A stretch of DNA of 63,782 nt, the filler included, from Octopus bimaculoides (taxonomy: Eukaryota), in assembly GCF_001194135.2 (NCBI RefSeq). It is 7 parts of 5 records of this genome, joined end to end, with 100 filler letters (N's around TTAATTAATTAA, not from the genome) between each part and the next. Parts side by side here need not be neighbours in the genome. Positions count along the whole stretch, not along the records: positions 1 to 9,047 come from NC_069005.1; positions 9,148 to 17,512 come from NC_068986.1; 5 more parts are not named here. One strand, written 5' to 3'. Positions 1 to 12,900 of this stretch are shown piece after piece. Position 1 is the first letter of the stretch; each line of letters starts with the position of its first letter. The notes beneath the pieces were generated by a model that searched no databases, was not told where the DNA came from, and saw nothing but the letters and a program-made list of their open reading frames with translations. The translations under genes and the position numbers were made by a program.

Positions 1-60
<60 letters not shown>
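1..60. repeat. (AC)n microsatellite, representative of dozens of (AC)n/(AT)n/(AG)n tracts in the window
   Basis: Directly visible pure dinucleotide run. Confidence 0.99.
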
Positions 61-64
<4 letters not shown>

Positions 65-1354
65 GTATGTATGTGCGTATGTATATGTATGTATACATGT
101 ATGTATTATGAAGATCATGCATATTTCCTTTACCTCATGTATCAGAGAGTTGTTTTTTCCATCTATTCTTTCACTTTATAGACTTATGGCGAGGCCCCAA
201 TAATGCGTAATTTTTATGGATAATTATTGACAACTTTTTGTAAAAATATTTCGTTAAGACTAATTATGGTGTATCTGTGGAACACACACATATATATATA
301 CCTCATTATGATGTACACACATACACATGCAGGCACTAACTCACGCCTACACACACATATATAAACAGAAAAAGAGAGAGCGTGTGAGTGAGAATTAGAA
401 GGAAGTAAAGAAGATAAACGCATGTGTGTGTGTGTGTGTGTTGTGTGTATGTGTGTATATACTTTTATCTNNNNNNNNNNNNNNNNNNNNNNNNNNNNNN
501 NNNNNNNNNNNNNNNNNNNNNNNNNNNNNNNNNNNNNNNNNNNNNNNNNNNNNNNNNNNNNNNNNNNNNNNNNNNNNNNNNNNNNNNNNNNNNNNNNNNN
601 NNNNNNNNNNNNNNNNNNNNNNNNNNNNNNNNNNNNNNNNNNNNNNNNNNNNNNNNNNNNNNNNNNNNNNNNNNNNNNNNNNNNNNNNNNNNNNNNNNNN
701 NNNNNNNNNNNNNNNNNNNNNNNNNNNNNNNNNNNNNNNNNNNNNNNNNNNNNNNNNNNNNNNNNNNNNNNNNNNNNNNNNNNNNNNNNNNNNNNNNNNN
801 NNNNNNNNNNNNNNNNNNNNNNNNNNNNNNNNNNNNNNNNNNNNNNNNNNNNNNNNNNNNNNNNNNNNNNNNNNNNNNNNNNNNNNNNNNNNNNNNNNNN
901 NNNNNNNNNNNNNNNNNNNNNNNNNNNNNNNNNNNNNNNNNNNNNNNNNNNNNNNNNNNNNNNNNNNNNNNNNNNNNNNNNNNNNNNNNNNNNNNNNNNN
1001 NNNNNNNNNNNNNNNNNNNNNNNNNNNNNNNNNNNNNNNNNNNNNNNNNNNNNNNNNNNNNNNNNNNNNNNNNNNNNNNNNNNNNNNNNNNNNNNNNNNN
1101 NNNNNNNNNNNNNNNNNNNNNNNNNNNNNNNNNNNNNNNNNNNNNNNNNNNNNNNNNNNNNNNNNNNNNNNNNNNNNNNNNNNNNNNNNNNNNNNNNNNN
1201 NNNNNNNNNNNNNNNNNNNNNNNNNNNNNNNNNNNNNNNNNNNNNNNNNNNNNNNNNNNNNNNNNNNNNNNNNNNNNNNNNNNNNNNNNNNNNNNNNNNN
1301 NNNNNNNNNNNNNNNNNNNNNNNNTGTGTGTGTGTGTATGTGTGTGTGTGTGTG

Positions 1355-1582
1355 TGTGTTTGTGTTTGTCCCCCCAACATCGCCTGACAACTGATGCTGG
1401 TGTGTTGACGTCCCCGTAACCTAGCGGCTCGGCAAAAGAGACCGATAGAATAAGTACTAGGCTTACAAAGAATAAGTCCTGAGGTCGATTTGCTTGACTA
1501 AAGGCGGTGCTCCAGCATGGCCGCAGTCAATTGACTGAAACAAGTAAAAGAGTAATAGAGTAAAAGAGTAAAGAGTAAAGAA
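1355..1582 (+). mobile_element. SINE family A, 3' half ending in a (GAGTAAAA)-type tail
   Basis: Reverse complement of the sequence at 6066-6290 and 46181-46390 (GCTCCAGCATGGCCGCAGTCA...TGACTGAAACAAGTAAAAGAG). Confidence 0.85.
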
Positions 1583-1729
1583 GACAAAATATTCAGATTC
1601 ACCATCTAAACTGTTACTGCAAGTGGCACGTAAAAAAACATCTTTCGAGCGTGTTCGTTGTCAGAACCTGACTGGCTCTCCTGCCTTGATACTTAAACAA
1701 CGTTACTATGTGAATCTGATGTGACAGCA

Positions 1730-2158
1730 TTAATCCTTTAATAAATAAACCAGCCATGTCCGGCCCAAATATTCTACCTGTTTTGTGTTCAAACCGGCTA
1801 GATCTAACCTCTCACACCTAACCTACAATATTATTCTAAAAGTATGTTATGCCTCAAGCTACTGCTATCTAGCACCTTCGGATGATCTCTATTCAACCGC
1901 TACACAACTGCTACTCGACTGCTACTCGACTGCTACTCAACAGCTACTCGACTGCTACTCAACACCCCTACCACAGCCAGACTACCTCTATTTATATGTC
2001 TTGGGAGATCCTACTTCTTCGCCTGGGGGCGTCGACACCACAGTATACAATCACATCATTGAAATCGTGAAGCTATGAGATAATGCACGATTAATTCATA
2101 ACAATGTGAATAAATAAGCATTACATTTGACGGTATGATCTGAGTGTTAAAGGATTCA
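1730..2158. mobile_element. Non-autonomous DNA element (piggyBac-like MITE?) interrupted by a ~200-bp insert containing an 11-bp tandem repeat
   Basis: Terminal inverted match AATCCTTTAA (1732-1741) / TTAAAGGATT (2147-2156); CTACTCGACTG-type 11-mers at ~1911-1965. The family assignment is recollection-based inference. Confidence 0.45.
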
Positions 2159-2384
2159 GACAATTTGTCCTTTCCTTTTTGTTTAGTTTCTTATTCGATC
2201 CTGGGTGTTTCATACATAACTATTTGCGTTAGCATATATATTCAAGCTCTTTGCCAGAATTTTGGTAAGAAGCACACAAGTCATGTGTTTCATTAGAATA
2301 TTGCAAAGAAAAGCTCAGAGGAAACAAACAAACACTAAAATAATAATTCTTTCTACTATAGTAAAAGACGTGAAATCTTGGTGC

Positions 2385-2550
2385 AAGAGGTTTGTCGATT
2401 ACATCGATCCCAGTGCTCAATTGGTATTTATTCCATCGACATTCGAAAGGATTAAAGGCGAATTCGGCCTCGGCGAAATTTGATCTCAGAACGTAAAGTC
2501 GGGCGAAATGCCGCTAAGCATTATGTCCTGCATGTTAATGATTCTGCTAG
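2385..2550 (-). mobile_element. SINE family B (tRNA-derived head), diverged copy
   Basis: Reverse complement matches 24661-24850 (GAAATGCTTAGCGG...CGTTCTGAGTTCAAATT...GAGG.CGA). Confidence 0.75.
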
Positions 2551-3550
2551 CTTACTGTCTTTAATGGTTTCTGATTTAGGCACCAAGTCATCAATATTTA
2601 GAAAAGGGAGTTTAGTCGATACCATCGAACTCTAGCATTTAGACTGGAACTTATTATTACCACAAGGCATTTTTCGGAACCCATATGATTTTATCAAAGA
2701 ACAATATGTTGAAAGGAAATCTTGAGTGCTGTATAAGACTGCGACCTAAAATTATAAAATTGGAATCGGAAACTCACTAATTTGATTATTTCTGATTAAT
2801 ACAAAAAATTAAAATCTATGACCTTGCTTTCAGAATCTGAGGTTGGTTACCAAATATGTATTTCTGTACGCATATTTCAATTTTGGTCACGTGATTGTGA
2901 CGCATGACTAACAAAACTATTGTCAATAAGAAACAGCTTATAAAAAGAAGAAAAAAAAATCACTATTTTACTAAACCCCGAATAAATCCTATGTAATGTT
3001 CTGAACGTGCACTTATCACATCAACAGCAGTAATCATGGCTTAAGATTTCACACAACCACACGCTAGTTCTACTGCTGCTGTAGAAGCACTACTAGTTAT
3101 CTACAGCTATAAATTATTCAAGTCACTGAAAGATAATGTGCAGAAACATACCGATGTACTTATATTCGGAACGAAATGAAGTATAAATACAACTGTATGT
3201 ATAGCTATTTATATATACAACATGACAACACTTCAATGGATATCTTTGCGAGAACATATTTCTCCCTTCCTCATTCCCTCTCTCACACGTTCTCTCTCTT
3301 TATACATACACACATACATACATACGTACATACATGCATACAAACACACACATACATACAGACATATATGGATATATATGCGTATGTGTATATGTGTATA
3401 TGTATTTATGTATATGTAATTTATTCCTACGCTCATCGGGCTGCAGCCATGCTGGGGCACCGGCCTAAAATCGATACCAGTACTTATTTTTAAGACTAAT
3501 ATTTGTTCAATCAGTGCTTATTCTATCTGTCACATTTTGATATAAACACA

Positions 3551-3587
<37 letters not shown>

Positions 3588-3589
3588 GA

Positions 3590-3620
<31 letters not shown>

Positions 3621-3755
3621 TATGTTTATATACATACATACCTCTCTCCATAGATGCATACATATATTTATATAAATATATATTTAGACAAACAAGTATA
3701 AGTCAATTAGTGTGTTTATATACACACACACACGCGCGCGCGCACACAGACACAG

Positions 3756-3786
<31 letters not shown>

Positions 3787-5570
3787 CACACACACTCACA
3801 TATACATACAAGCAGTATGGACTCCGTTAAAATCACGTTTTGGCGTGTTTTGAAACAAGTAATGGATCAATTGTGCTTCTCCAAAACGGAAACGGTCCCA
3901 TGGATAAGTTGCATATTGTTTCCCTCTAACCAAATTTCACAAGATTTTAGAATAAAAATGAATATGCATGTATATAATCGTATGGGTGTGTGTTTCTGTG
4001 TGTGTGTGTGTGTGTGTGTATACATACATATATACACACGCACACACACTCACACACATATATATAAAACAAAGATATGGCACCGGAAAAAACTAAATGT
4101 TATGTAATGAACTTTCATTAGCTTAGAGCTGTTTCTGCTATGGGATGTGATCAACTCTTAGTTGAGTACCAGAGTAACATCGTATAGCTTCACCAGAACC
4201 TTGAAAACGAAGTGCACTTTATTTGGGAAAGTTATATTTTCAGAACATACGGGTGTTATGAGTGAGAAAGTTTATGCAGATGGCTATGGAAAGTTCTATC
4301 CCAGGGTAGAAAACAGTATACAAATATACGCATGTGTTTAAAGTAGAATTAAAAGGGAGATTTGCGGGTAGGCGCGCCACACTCGTTCGTATGTATGTAT
4401 ATATATATATATATNNNNNNNNNNNNNNNNNNNNNNNNNNNNNNNNNNNNNNNNNNNNNNNNNNNNNNNNNNNNNNNNNNNNNNNNNNNNNNNNNNNNNN
4501 NNNNNNNNNNNNNNNNNNNNNNNNNNNNNNNNNNNNNNNNNNNNNNNNNNNNNNNNNNNNNNNNNNNNNNNNNNNNNNNNNNNNNNNNNNNNNNNNNNNN
4601 NNNNNNNNNNNNNNNNNNNNNNNNNNNNNNNNNNNNNNNNNNNNNNNNNNNNNNNNNNNNNNNNNNNNNNNNNNNNNNNNNNNNNNNNNNNNNNNNNNNN
4701 NNNNNNNNNNNNNNNNNNNNNNNNNNNNNNNNNNNNNNNNNNNNNNNNNNNNNNNNNNNNNNNNNNNNNNNNNNNNNNNNNNNNNNNNNNNNNNNNNNNN
4801 NNNNNNNNNNNNNNNNNNNNNNNNNNNNNNNNNNNNNNNNNNNNNNNNNNNNNNNNNNNNNNNNNNNNNNNNNNNNNNNNNNNNNNNNNNNNNNNNNNNN
4901 NNNNNNNNNNNNNNNNNNNNNNNNNNNNNNNNNNNNNNNNNNNNNNNNNNNNNNNNNNNNNNNNNNNNNNNNNNNNNNNNNNNNNNNNNNNNNNNNNNNN
5001 NNNNNNNNNNNNNNNNNNNNNNNNNNNNNNNNNNNNNNNNNNNNNNNNNNNNNNNNNNNNNNNNNNNNNNNNNNNNNNNNNNNNNNNNNNNNNNNNNNNN
5101 NNNNNNNNNNNNNNNNNNNNNNNNNNNNNNNNNNNNNNNNNNNNNNNNNNNNNNNNNNNNNNNNNNNNNNNNNNNNNNNNNNNNNNNNNNNNNNNNNNNN
5201 NNNNNNNTATATATATATATATATAGTCGCTTCTACGTGTGTGTGGTTTAAGTATGTATGTATATATATATATATATATAACCACAGTTGTTGGAGTAAG
5301 GGGTTGGAGGAAAGAGTTTGTAAGTACATGGAGATTGTTTTAGAGATAAGAATCGTAGACTATTGGCGGTAAGTATTGGTCATCCCAGTGTTTAGGTGTT
5401 TTCATGTTTTTGTCTAGGATGTTTGCCCAAGCGTGTCACCTGACGTTTTTATACTGGAACTAAACAGAGGACTAATTAAAGAATTTTGGGTGTGTAGATT
5501 TACATGGACACACACACACACACATATAAGTATAGATACATATACACAATCATACACGTGTATTCGTTTA

Positions 5571-5770
5571 TTCTTTCACTTGTTTCAGTCATTTGACTGC
5601 GGCCATGCTGGAGCATTGCCTTTTAGTCGACGAAATCGACCTCAGGATTTTTGTAAGCCTGGTACTTAACCTATTGGTCTCTTTTGCCGAACCGGGGACT
5701 TAAAAACGCCAGCATCGGTTGTCAAGCGAGGGTGGTGGGGACAAACACAGACACAAAGACACGCACATGA
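5571..5770 (-). mobile_element. SINE family A, 3' half
   Basis: Same sequence and orientation as 6066-6290. Confidence 0.85.
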
Positions 5771-5980
5771 ATATATACATATACATATATACATAAATGA
5801 ATAATAGAAGTAATCAAACGCTGAACATTGAAAATCTTTTCAACTATTATTCAACTATTTTTTAATGATTTTTATATAATGAAACTAATAAATAATCAAT
5901 TGAATAATTAACTAACGAACTTCATTGTTTACTCGGTTTTATATAAGACAACGCTAGAACCTAGCGGAATATTTTGATGT

Positions 5981-6049
<69 letters not shown>

Positions 6050-6065
6050 TTCTCTNNNNNNNNNN

Positions 6066-6493
6066 TTTCTCTTTTACTCTTTTATCTTTTACTTGCTTCG
6101 GTCATTTGACTGTGGCCATGCTGGAGCACCGCCTTTTGTCGATCAAATCGACTCCAGGACTTATTCTTTGGAAACCTAGTACCTATTCTATCGGCCTCTT
6201 TGCCGAACCGCTACGTTATGGGGACGTAAACACACCAGCATCGGTTGTCAAGCGATGTTGGGTGGGGGGACAAACACAGACACACAAACATATGCACACA
6301 CACATACATATATATATATACACATATACGACGGGCTTCTTTCAGTTTCCGTCTACCAAATCCACTCACAAGGCTTTGGTCGGCCCGAGACTATAGTAGA
6401 AGTCACCTGCCCAAGATGCCACTCTGTGGGAATGAACCTGGAACCATGTGGTTGGTAAGCAAGCTACTTACCACACAGCCACTCCTGCGCCTA
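6066..6493 (-). mobile_element. SINE family A, full-length: tRNA-like head, internal microsatellite and 3' tail
   Basis: Minus-strand head TAGGCGCAGGAGTGGCTGTGTGGTAAGTAGCTTGCTTACCAACCACATGGTTCCAGGTTCATTCCCAC has Pol III A/B-box-like motifs; colinear with 46181-46587 and 22520-22928. Confidence 0.9.
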
Positions 6494-6559
6494 TATATAT
6501 ATAAACAGTACACATATACACTTAAACGGAATGGGAGACCGAACATGCCTTCAGTCGGA

Positions 6560-7178
6560 TATGTTTGTTGTTGACCAACGGACAGAAAAGAACAATAGGC
6601 TTCTAAATAAAGATAAGTTTAATTTGATCCACTTCGGAAAAGAGGATACTCTGAAACTACCGTATGCCCTTCCCTCGAGCGAATTTCTAGCGTCATCTAA
6701 CTATATGAGACAGCTTGGAGTGACTGTTGATTACAATCTAAGCTGGAGTTCCCACGTAAACAGCAAGGTTGACTCGACCCGCAAGATTTTGAAAACTTTC
6801 TGGTCTAGAGATGCTCACACCATTATCCTTTTTTACTCTACTTTTGCCCGAGCTCACCTTGAATATTGTTGCTTACTGTGGTCCCCCCAAACGAAGCAAA
6901 GCATTCTGAAAATGGCAGCACTCCAGAGGTCCATAACAAGCAAGATACACGGCATAACAGGCACTAACTACTGGGGTCGACTAAAAAAACTCAATATCTA
7001 CTCTCTCCCACGGTACCGTGAGTGCTACATCGTTGGTGTGGTGTGGAAAATATTCCATCAATATTGTCCAAATGATGTTGGCATCAATTTTAAAATCCAC
7101 CTAAGACTTGGTCCCTATGCTATCCACCCACTGCAAAAATCGAACTCAAGACACATAACCATAATAACTCTTGGCTAG
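6560..7178 (+). pseudogene. CR1/L2-clade LINE ORF2 C-terminal fragment (RT thumb and downstream region)
   Basis: The translation LNKDKF...QLGVTVDYNLSWSSHV...HLEYCCLLWSP...LQRSITSKI...YWGRLKKLNIYSL carries the CR1 motifs LGV.xD..L.W..H, LEY...WSP and Y.ERL..L. Confidence 0.9.
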
Positions 7179-7364
7179 AGTTGGTCACGGTGTCCCATTT
7201 GTGACTAAGGTGTGCATCATGATCTAAAAGGCTTCACCAAGTGGTGCTATTAAGTTAGGCATGGAGTGGGTCTATACTGGCCGAAACCTATCTAAGTTAT
7301 CTCTCTCTATATATATACATATATGACATGTATATACATATATATATATACATATTTGACTAAG

Positions 7365-7416
<52 letters not shown>

Positions 7417-7655
7417 CACACACACACACAAACACATATATACACGCACATGTACGTATGTATGTATGTATGTATGTGTATAGGTGTATATAAGTTGCTT
7501 TGTGTATATATGTATGTTACATTCATATGTATTTGTGTATGTGTGCATATATCTGTTACATTCATGTATATATATGCCTATTAAAACATATATGTTTACG
7601 CATGACTGTCTATATGTTTACATATTTTGTCTGTGTATGTGCGCATGCGTATGTT

Positions 7656-7686
<31 letters not shown>

Positions 7687-7769
7687 GTATTAATATATTT
7701 GTCTGTCTCTATATAGGTATATGCTTATATGTATATGCTTGTGTACATAGATATGTGTGTATGGCTATG

Positions 7770-7812
<43 letters not shown>

Positions 7813-7919
7813 ATGAATGTTGTCGATGTGCAAAAGACTAATAGCTTAGAAGATAGACAGGGAAATATAGAAATAACATCTAGAGAATGTGAAGCGAAGA
7901 CTGTTAATAGCAGTAATAG

Positions 7920-8340
7920 AACTATTAAACGTGATTGTGTTAGGAACAGGGTCTATCCAATTGTAGGCATAAAAATATCGTAAAAAGATTTAAGTTTACC
8001 TCAGAGAATAGAGAGTATTTCTATATAGGAGCTAGCTCATGTTATATTAAACAGAGAATTGCTAATAATTTAAGTTCGCTTAGAAATAGGAACAAAATGA
8101 ATAATACCAGCCTTAGTAAGCTAATTTGGGCACTAAAAGACAGTAACAAAGTATTTTCGATTGCTTGGAAAATAATTAGTAAGGCAAAACCTTATAGAAT
8201 AGGCGATAATAGATGTGACCTATGTATGGAAGAAATGTACTAAATTTTCACTTCTAAATTTACTCTTATAAATACTAGATGAGAACAGGCCATGAGATGT
8301 CAACACTGGACACAATATACGCTTAAACCATTTAAAGAAA
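7920..8340 (+). pseudogene. Penelope-like element GIY-YIG endonuclease C-terminal remnant
   Basis: Manual translation YFYIGASSCYIKQRIANN...TSLSKLIWALKD...IAWKIISKAKPYRIGDNRCDLCMEE matches the PLE pattern YIG..T...K.R..NH...T.LSK.IW.LK...W.I...A.PY..G...C.LC..E. Confidence 0.8.
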
Positions 8341-8400
8341 CATAATTCACCATCTATAGTAGTTATACTAGTTAAAATAATGATTGAAATGCTAATAAAT

Positions 8401-8434
<34 letters not shown>

Positions 8435-9091
8435 TAATATTAATTGAGGGTATAAACCCAAAATAAGTAAAAATACCTCTGAATAAATAATGTACTCCAT
8501 ACGGTAAAATGTAACTAAATTGTAAGCAAAACTGCTGAATTTGTAATTTAAATAAACATCTTGAAACCACGATTCATCTGTAATACAAATAGAGGTGATT
8601 ATAAGACCAGAATTCAATTCGATTTAAAATGTTACGCTATCACTTCCAACTGAATGCCAACGCAGGAAGCGTGTTTGAATTAGACAAAAGGGTTTATGAG
8701 ACTCAAAAAAGAAGTGCTCAAATGCAATTGAGACAGAGGTAAAAAAACATTGATTAGAGAAAAAACATCAAATTCGAGTTAACGACTTTATATAACACCA
8801 TGCTTCCATACATTTGATCATATATAAATATTTCCATGGCCTTTAACATATAAAACGAATGCATATATAAAAAAAAAAAACAGATGGTAAAAATATATAT
8901 GCAAATAAAAATATAAATATATAGAACGGCCTAAAGCGTGTCATGTGACTAAAAACCTAAATAAAATTTCATTCGACTAAAAAAAAAATTGTTTACTTCC
9001 CTCAATTAAAAATATGTCAAAAAAGTTCATTTCATAGAAACCATGGTNNNNNNNNNNNNNNNNNNNNNNNNNNNNNNNNNNNNNNNNNNNN

Positions 9092-9103
9092 TTAATTAAT
9101 TAA
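9092..9103. other. Scaffolding linker TTAATTAATTAA (stop codons in all six frames); also at 17557-17568, 37121-37132, 41014-41025, 53522-53533 and 61567-61578
   Basis: Each copy sits between exactly 44 N on either side (100 bp in total), so it is an assembly artefact rather than genomic DNA. Confidence 0.97.
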
Positions 9104-9319
9104 NNNNNNNNNNNNNNNNNNNNNNNNNNNNNNNNNNNNNNNNNNNNTAGCTTAAAAGCTAATCGTTTACTCATTTGGGTTCAATTAATATTATACATAA
9201 CCTGAATATCTTTCTGCCTGTACTTTGGTACCAATGCATTTTAATTTTGACCTGATCCAGTGCCCTACCATACCATTTAAGTGCCTCACCATTTAAGTGC
9301 ATGATCCACCTGAATCTTA

Positions 9320-9377
<58 letters not shown>

Positions 9378-9920
9378 CATGCACAGAGTTTATTATTAAC
9401 ATTGACTATCTTTCTGTTATATCAAGTTCCATATTGAAGAAGAACCATTCATCAAAATATATCATTAGGGAAAGGTTTTTTTTCATATGCTTTATTTGAT
9501 GATGTGCCATCAGATGATCATCTTTTTGGCACAATACGTGAAATACCAGAGCAATAATGAACACTAGCAATCACCAACTGTATGAGGTATCCATTCCACA
9601 TCTAAGGATTATCCTATGACAAGGATATGTGACTCTCAATAGTAGAATGCTGAAAGCTGGAACTATAACCTTGTATATTAAATATTTCCTCTATCTATAC
9701 TCTAATAAAGGAATAAGGTTTTCTTTTACTTTGTTCATAGCACCCCCCCCCACAAGTAGTGTTTTCTTGTAAGTGCCATGACATACACTATAATACTATG
9801 AATAAGGTATAAGGCATAATTTATACCCAGTATAAGGCACAAAGTGAAAACTAAATTAAAATTCAGATATTAAATATTCTATATTTAAAGTTCATTCATA
9901 TATTTAAGTACATATATATA

Positions 9921-10307
9921 TATTGTTGTATTTCAGGATGGTCATTTTATTTATCACTATTTTTTTTTTTTGCCAAATAAACACACACACTATATATTTT
10001 TTTCTTTTTCTTCACTCGTTTATTACTGTTATTTTATTATTTTGATGCCTGTCCATTGTCTGGAAATCTTTTGTCACACATCTGTGACCTTTTCAACAAC
10101 ACTTTTTATTTCCATGTATGTTCTTGCTCCACTTACTCCATTCTGTTCCTCTAAGATGTGTATCCTTATGTGGACAATGGACAGACGTTAAGGTAATAAA
10201 ATGACTGTAATAAACAAGTGAAAAAAAAATATAGTGTGTATGTTTATTTGGCAAAAAAAAAAAAAAAAAAAAAATAAATAAAATGACCATTCTGAAATAC
10301 AACAATA
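9921..10307. mobile_element. Foldback/MITE-like element with ~135-bp imperfect terminal inverted repeats
   Basis: 9921-10060 (TATTGTTGTATTTCAGGATGGTCATTTT...GTCCATTGTC) is the reverse complement of 10173-10307 (GACAATGGAC...AAAATGACCATTCTGAAATACAACAATA). Confidence 0.8.
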
Positions 10308-10382
10308 TCTGTTTCATCACATGCTTTCACATCAGGAATCTTGCAAAATGAATTGAGAAACGTATATATATATATATGTATA

Positions 10383-10660
10383 TAGTGTTGTATTTCGGAA
10401 TGTTTTTTTTTTTTTGTCAAATAAACACATGCACTATATTTTTGTTCTTCACTCATTTATTACTGTTCTTATTCTAACTCATGTCTATTGTCTGGAAATC
10501 TTTTGTCACATATCTGCAATTTCTTCAGCTACACTTTCCATCCTTGTGTGTGCTCCTGCTCTGCTTAATGGACTAAGCGTGTGTTTGTTTGACAAAAAAA
10601 AGTTACCATCCCGAAATATAACAATATCTGTTTCAACACATGGTTTCACATCAAGAATCT
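10383..10660. mobile_element. Second, diverged and partly deleted copy of the 9921-10307 element with the same 3' flank
   Basis: Shares CAAATAAACAC...TTCACTC.TTTATTACTGTT...TTGTCTGGAAATCTTTTGTCACA and ACAATATCTGTTTCA.CACATG.TTTCACATCA.GAATCTTGCAA with copy 1. Confidence 0.8.
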
Positions 10661-10677
10661 TGCAACACAAATTCATA

Positions 10678-10714
<37 letters not shown>

Positions 10715-11137
10715 TGAAAGTTTTTTAGATTTTATTTCATTCTAGTGATGTAATAAATAGGATTAGACAGGAAATGTGTCTTCATTTTTTTAAAGGTCTC
10801 TCATACAGGTTTGTATAGCATCTATGGAAGTGAAATAAAAGAGAACTCACTGTATGTACGTGTGTATACACATGTATTCTTGTTATGGTGTGTATATGTA
10901 TCTGTTTATCATGTTTCTCTGTATGCAAATAGTATGGAAAATATGAAGACAGACTCACCATTGGTATGCAACAAAAAAAAAACTGGCATGGAGTTGCTAT
11001 AATGAAAAGGTGCTGAATGTGGAGAACATGAAATAAATAGAGATTACCCCATGGTGGAGTAATCCCTGTTTATAGAGGGACCAGCAATTCTATATGACAG
11101 CAGTATGATAGAAAAATAACCAAGTATATGAAGAGTG

Positions 11138-11630
11138 GGGAAAGCCACAGGTTCATTGGGGATAGTTGCAGAAATGCTTAAGATATTTGATGAGATGGGA
11201 TACAAAATTACCACTTATATAGTTTACCAAATAACTCAGGAGGGCATAGTAATAGTATCATAGTAAACTGTTACAAAGGCAAAAGTGATACTTTAGAGAG
11301 GAAATTTAGAGGACTCAAACTACTAGACCTGGTTATAATGGTCACAGGAAAAGCCATAGTCCAATTGATCCATGACAGAGTAGACTTGGATGAGATGCAA
11401 TTTGGCTTTGTCCTTAGAAGAAGCACTGCAGATGCATTCTTCCTAGTGATGGAACTGGAAGAATAAACCACTATCCCTGGTGGCATTGATTTGACCACTC
11501 AGTAATTTGGTGGTTACTGAGGAAGCTAAAGTATAGATGAATGGCTGTGTGTGGTACAAGCTATGTATAGGAATGCAGTAAGTAATGTGAATGTTGGCAA
11601 CGATCTCAGTAATGAATTTTGTCCATTATT
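11138..11630 (+). pseudogene. RTE-clade LINE reverse transcriptase fragment, frameshifted
   Basis: Translation GKATG..GIVAEMLK...SIIVNCYKGKSDTLE...FRGLKLLD...DEMQFGFV..RSTADAFF...AMYRNAVSNV; homologous to the less decayed copy at 61623-61985. Confidence 0.9.
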
Positions 11631-12489
11631 AAGGTACCTATCTTTTATCAAGGATGCTTTGACCTTTAGTTAATGATCGTCTTGTAAACTGTTGATAATT
11701 CAAGTAAAGTAAAAAAGCTACAACCAAGAATTGAAATTAGCAACAAACTCAGTTCAGCAGAGGGCAGCAGAAATTCTACTTTATGTTGTCACCATAATGT
11801 CACTTTTTTCTATCAGTGTCTTACATAAATGTAAGTCTTCAGATTATAAGAGTGAGGGAAATCATCAGATTTAAAGGTAATAAATAAATAAGATTCTGTG
11901 ACATTCAGTGCTTTCTTGAAAGTAATAATGTTTTTTAACATAGGCTTGAAGTCAGAAATCTTCTGAGTAAGTGGAAGAGGAGGAGGAGGTGTCCATTAGA
12001 CTATGATCTGCTCCTGGAATGTCTTGTTTTGGTCTTAGCAGAACAGCATTTGCTCACAAGTGAGTGACAGTTATGACTGTAGTATCTACACTTGATGGTA
12101 CTGTCCCCAAGTCTTGTCTTGGTGCTGCATATTTTTTTGTATATGCTTTTCTTCATTAGTAACCATCAGTCTTTCCTCTCATCTTTTTGAACCCTTGTCT
12201 AGTTCCTGTCTCCAATGGAAGCAATCATCAACAAAGTCCTCTACTTTCCATCATTCATGTCACTCTTGCGAAGATGTTCGCAAAAGTGGTTTGGGTATAT
12301 CAGTTATATCAACTCCAGAGCTTGACTTGTACTTATTTTATCAACTCTGGAAGGATGATGGGTAAAGTTGACTTTGACAGAATTTGAACTCAAGTCATAA
12401 GAGAATATGTCTAAATGATGCAGTAAAACATTTTACCCAGCATGTTTCTGATTCATCTACTGATTTGTGGATTTCATTATGTAAAAGGT

Positions 12490-12900
12490 AGTTGACAGTA
12501 ATGAATGGCCATCAAGGGGAAATATCAGTGACAGTTTGCTGACCTGACTTTGCCGGTGATGCTGCATAGTTATGGCCTGTAAAAGTTGCCTTTTGCAGAC
12601 CATCCCTTGTGGTGAATAGTACTGGATTGAGAATGAATGCAGAGAAAACAAACACCATGAAGATTGGACTAGGAACAGGGGATAGTGAAACCAACATCAA
12701 AGGTAAAATCAGAAAGATGACAGAATTATTTCAGCCAATGTATAAAATCTAGTTCATGAATACAATGGATATTAACATCACGACCTGTGTATACAATACT
12801 GTTATACTACCTAAATCTCCAAAAAGTTGAATGTCATTCACAAAAAGTGGTTGAGGAAATTCCTAAGACTTTCATTCCATGATCATATCAGAAATAATGA
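12490..12900 (+). pseudogene. Degenerate RTE-like LINE RT C-terminal fragment
   Basis: Motifs DL.FAGDAA (from LxFADD), GLRMNAEKT..M and VYNTVILP...KLNVIHKKWLRKFLRLSFHDHIRN. Confidence 0.65.

Noticed and set aside
1911-1965. Short regular repeats (also 23731-23801, 34516-34566 and 51242-51314) considered as CRISPR-like arrays
   Set aside because: They are head-to-tail tandem repeats without unique spacers, in eukaryotic DNA with no cas genes.
3176-4107. Many His/Thr/Tyr/Ile/Cys/Val-rich ORFs here and throughout the window (e.g. 7272-7983, 39045-40408, 48690-50495, 62235-62701)
   Set aside because: They are translations of (AC)n, (AT)n and (GT)n microsatellites.
4284-4310. Possible short plus-strand exon (HTGVMSEKVYADGYGKFYPR) after TTTTCAG at ~4243
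   Set aside because: Weak donor, no homology recognised and no partner exon.
214-5372. Long ORFs of 300-388 aa in the ORF track (also those at ~38025-38740 and ~47242-48011)
   Set aside because: They consist of X residues from N gaps plus microsatellite translations and are not real coding sequence.
9048-9147. Identical TTAATTAATTAA motif recurring six times, superficially like a conserved element or PacI/homeodomain site
   Set aside because: Always centred in a 44N+12+44N block; it is a scaffolding spacer with stops in all frames.
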